A DNA stretch of 36,989 nucleotides, from positions 1 through 36,989 of the IMG/VR virus record IMGVR_UViG_3300044708_000192. One strand, given 5' to 3'. A program made the position numbers and the translations under genes. A model generated the notes under the pieces. The model did not search any database. It saw nothing but the letters and a program-made list of their open reading frames with translations, and was not told the origin of the DNA. Origin of the DNA: a virus (taxonomy: Duplodnaviria; Caudoviricetes). Shown here piece by piece: positions 34,145 to 36,989 of the stretch (position 1 is its first letter; every line of letters begins with the position of its first letter).

Positions 34145-35597
34145 CCTTGCGCGCGCGTGGAGACCGCTGCCGGGGCCGCAGACGCTTGCGCTTGAGAGCA
34201 TGGCCGATACGGTGGGGTATGGCGGCGCGGCCGGCGGCGGGAAGACCGATCTTTTACTCGGCATGGCGGCATTGCAGCACCGACGGTCGCTCATCTTCCG
34301 ACGCGAGTTTCCGCGCGTGCGGGCGATTATCGAGCGGTCGCGCGAACTGTTTGCGATTGACGATGATCACGCGAAAGACAGCTTTAACGAGTCCACGCAT
34401 CTGTGGCGACTCGCCGACGGGCGCACGATCGAGTTTGGTCACATCCACCGTGAGGACGACAAGAAAGCCTACCAGGGCCGCGCGGCGGATTTTCATGGCT
34501 TCGACGAGGCGACCGAATTTAGCGAGAGTCAGGTGCGCTTTGTGACCGCATGGAACCGCAGCGCGCGGCCCGGCCAACGCAGCCAGGTACTCCTGACCTT
34601 CAACCCGCCGATGGATGACGCCGGCGCCTGGGTCATTCGGTATTTTGCGCCCTGGCTCGATCCGGACTATCGCGGCGCGCGTGCGCTGCCTGGCGAGTTG
34701 CGCGCGTTCACCACAATCGAAGGCAAGGATGGAGAGGTGCCGCTCGGCACACCGCAGTCGAAGACCCGCACCTTCATTCCGGCGCGACTGGCCGATAACC
34801 CGTATCTGATCGCGGCGGGCTACGCCGATACGATCGCGGCGCTGCCTGAGCCGCTACGCTCGATCCTGATGGGTGACTACACCGCCGCGCGGGTGGATAA
34901 CCCATGGCAGATTATCCCGACCGAATGGATCGCACTGGCACGGGCGCGCTGGCAGCCGGATGGTAAGCACGGGCCATGCAGCGGCGTGGGCCTGGACGTG
35001 GCGCGCGGTGGACAGGATGCGACGGTCGCGGCGCGGCTCTACGGATCATGGCTAGCGCCACTCCAGTCCGTGCCGGGCATGCAGACGCCGACGGGCGCGA
35101 GCGCCGCAAGCTTGGTGCTGCCGGATGCGCTGAGTGGTGCGCCAACCGGCGTCGACGTGATTGGCGTCGGCGCGTCGGCGTTTGATAGCCTGGCGGGATC
35201 GGGCGTGTCGGCGGTCGCGGTGAACTTTGCTGCGGCTGCTCGGAATCCGTGGACGGACGCGCCGTTCACCGATCGCACCACCAAGCTGCGCTTTGTGAAT
35301 CTGCGCGCCTATGGCTACTGGCTGGCGCGCGAACTGCTTGACCCCACGCACGCTGACCCGCTGGCGCTGCCCGATGATGATGCGCTGGCGACGGAACTCA
35401 AAACCCCGCGCTGGATGTTGACCGCACGCGGCGTACAGGTCGAAGACAAAGATGCGATTATCGAGCGGGTTGGACATAGCCCCGATCGTGCCGACGCGCT
35501 GATTATTGCGCTCCTCGCGCCGCTGCTGGGCAGCGTGAATGCGTCTGATTGGATTCGTCGCTACAGCGCCGCACTGCCGCAGAAAGAGACCGCATAA
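33990..35597 (+). CDS. terL: Terminase large subunit (true start probably downstream, ~34050-34100)
   Basis: Walker A YGGAAGGGKT; Walker B GFDEATEF; TFNPP; FIPARLADNPYL; nuclease motifs GLDVARGGQDAT and SPDRADAL. Confidence 0.93.
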   Translation: MNGWHSIQQPDGLTAKARTVWQSWGTTSIVLPQASLPFSFDDQTAATAPRADLARAWRPLPGPQTLALESMADTVGYGGAAGGGKTDLLLGMAALQHRRSLIFRREFPRVRAIIERSRELFAIDDDHAKDSFNESTHLWRLADGRTIEFGHIHREDDKKAYQGRAADFHGFDEATEFSESQVRFVTAWNRSARPGQRSQVLLTFNPPMDDAGAWVIRYFAPWLDPDYRGARALPGELRAFTTIEGKDGEVPLGTPQSKTRTFIPARLADNPYLIAAGYADTIAALPEPLRSILMGDYTAARVDNPWQIIPTEWIALARARWQPDGKHGPCSGVGLDVARGGQDATVAARLYGSWLAPLQSVPGMQTPTGASAASLVLPDALSGAPTGVDVIGVGASAFDSLAGSGVSAVAVNFAAAARNPWTDAPFTDRTTKLRFVNLRAYGYWLARELLDPTHADPLALPDDDALATELKTPRWMLTARGVQVEDKDAIIERVGHSPDRADALIIALLAPLLGSVNASDWIRRYSAALPQKETA

Positions 35598-36989
35598 TGC
35601 CGACCATTCCCGCCGGCACACAGCCGATCGATTTGAGCTACACCGTCGCGCGCCTGGCCGATCGCTTCCTGGGCACGCAGCTGCTCCAGTCGCGCGCGTT
35701 CGGGCCGGGCATCCCCCTGCAACCGACCGTGCCGACGATCGATCAATTGCAGCCGCGCCAGTATCAGTACCCGGTGAGCTGGAATACGCAGCTGACCCCG
35801 CGCCGCGAGTACGGCAATCTCACGCCCTTCGAGCAGCTGCGCAGCCTGGCCGCCATGTACGACGTGGCCGCGCTGTGCATCGCGACCCGGATCGAGGAAT
35901 TGCAGGGGCTCAAGTGGCACGTCCGCGCGAAGGACAAGAAGCAGCAGGCTGCAGAGCAGAGCGTGTGCGACGCGCTCGAGGTCTGGTGGCAAAAGCCCGA
36001 TCGCACGACGCCCTACCCATCCTGGCTGGGATCGCTCCTGTACGATCTGTTCAGCTTGGACGCCTTGACCATCTACCCGCACATGGATCGCGGCGGCGGC
36101 CTGTGGGGGGTGGAGTACATCGACGGCAGCTCGATTAAGCCGCTGCTGGATGCGCGCGGGCAGACCGCCGCGTACCAGCAGATTCTGTATGGCACGCCCT
36201 GGTCAAACTACGAGCGGCCCGCCCCCGATACGAACGACGATGACTTCAAGGAGTTCTCGGCCAGCGAACTAATCTACGCGCCGCGCTGGGTGCGCAGCTT
36301 CACGCCCTACGGCTTCCCACCCACCGAGTGGATCATCCTCAGGGTCAACACCGCGCTGCGCAAACAGTCGTTCGATCTGGCGCACTTTACCGACAGCAAC
36401 ATCCCGGCCGGCATCCTGAGCCCGCCCGATGGCCTCATGCAGCCCGAGCAGGTGGCCGCGTTCGAGCAGTGGTGGAACGCCAAGCTGCAAGGCGATCAGC
36501 TGGCGCAGCAGCGGATCGTGTTTCTGCCGTGGGCCGGCACGCTGATCCCGCTCAATCAGCTCTCGGACGGCGGGCGCTACGAGTCAGGTCTGGACGAATG
36601 GATGCTGAAAATCACGTGCGCCGCGTTCGGCGTGCCGCCCTCCGAGATCGGCTTCACGGCCGATGTCAACAAGGCGACATCCGAGGGGCAGGAGCAGATC
36701 ACCTACCGGCGCGGGCTGGGGCCGCTGACGGTGTGGCTGAAGCAGCTGATCTTTGACCCTATTTTGCAAAGCCCACAGTATCTTGACCAGCCGCAGCTCG
36801 AATGGTTCTGGGACTTTGGCGAGGGCGGCGATCGGGCGGTCGAGGCGGCGACCGAGCAGGCCGACATCGCGGCCGGGGTGATCACCGCCGACGAGAGCCG
36901 ACGCCGGCGCTACCCCGACCTGGATGGGCCGGCGCCGGGCGCTGCGCCCCCACCACCACCCGGCGCGGCCGCGCCGGCAGCACCCGGCG
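35597..36989 (+). CDS. Portal protein (continues through the junction to position 141)
   Basis: ATG overlaps the terL stop; LTPFEQLRSLA, YIDGSSIKPL, TPYGFPPTE and CAAFGVPPSEIGF are HK97-type portal motifs. Absent from the ORF track because it lacks a stop inside the window. Confidence 0.92.
   Translation, partial: MPTIPAGTQPIDLSYTVARLADRFLGTQLLQSRAFGPGIPLQPTVPTIDQLQPRQYQYPVSWNTQLTPRREYGNLTPFEQLRSLAAMYDVAALCIATRIEELQGLKWHVRAKDKKQQAAEQSVCDALEVWWQKPDRTTPYPSWLGSLLYDLFSLDALTIYPHMDRGGGLWGVEYIDGSSIKPLLDARGQTAAYQQILYGTPWSNYERPAPDTNDDDFKEFSASELIYAPRWVRSFTPYGFPPTEWIILRVNTALRKQSFDLAHFTDSNIPAGILSPPDGLMQPEQVAAFEQWWNAKLQGDQLAQQRIVFLPWAGTLIPLNQLSDGGRYESGLDEWMLKITCAAFGVPPSEIGFTADVNKATSEGQEQITYRRGLGPLTVWLKQLIFDPILQSPQYLDQPQLEWFWDFGEGGDRAVEAATEQADIAAGVITADESRRRRYPDLDGPAPGAAPPPPPGAAAPAAPG
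36863..36989. repeat. Terminal direct repeat, right copy
   Basis: Identical to 1-127. Confidence 0.97.

Noticed and set aside
35393-35403. Isolated GGAACTCAAAA in terL matching the clt-like repeat
   Set aside because: It is a single copy within the coding motif TELKTP; a lone match without an array can arise by chance.
36863-36989. 127-bp terminal repeat as a biological DTR or att site
   Set aside because: It falls in the middle of the portal gene and its length equals a common assembler k-mer, so it is best read as a circular assembly overlap.

Overview
This window looks like a complete, circularly assembled ~36.86 kb temperate tailed-phage (siphovirus-like) genome. Bases 1-127 are repeated exactly at 36863-36989, and the portal gene reads across that junction. 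GC is high. A VYLPVV motif, SH3b-type proteins and a 7-bp tandem repeat suggest a Chloroflexota (Roseiflexaceae/Kouleothrix-like) host, which is an inference. The + strand late region runs lysis, terS/terL, portal, head accessory genes, protease/scaffold, capsid, head-tail and tail genes, and includes a -1 frameshifted tail chaperone and a probable AUC-initiated tape measure gene. The - strand early operon (24292 to 14955) holds many small Cys/Zn proteins, a replication initiator with internal iterons, and a terminal HTH + membrane FtsK/TraB-like ATPase + SH3b membrane protein module. Also present are a XerC/D-like tyrosine recombinase, a divergent promoter switch with a single small HTH gene, two low-GC morons, and a tRNA-like RNA with an abnormal anticodon arm. 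The most striking signal is the FtsK/TraB-like gene, which contains four perfect 8-bp direct repeats at 11-bp period plus an inverted copy. This resembles the TraB/clt single-protein dsDNA conjugation system of Streptomyces plasmids, but here it sits on a virion-forming phage. All protein assignments come from motif recognition and synteny; no database searches were run.
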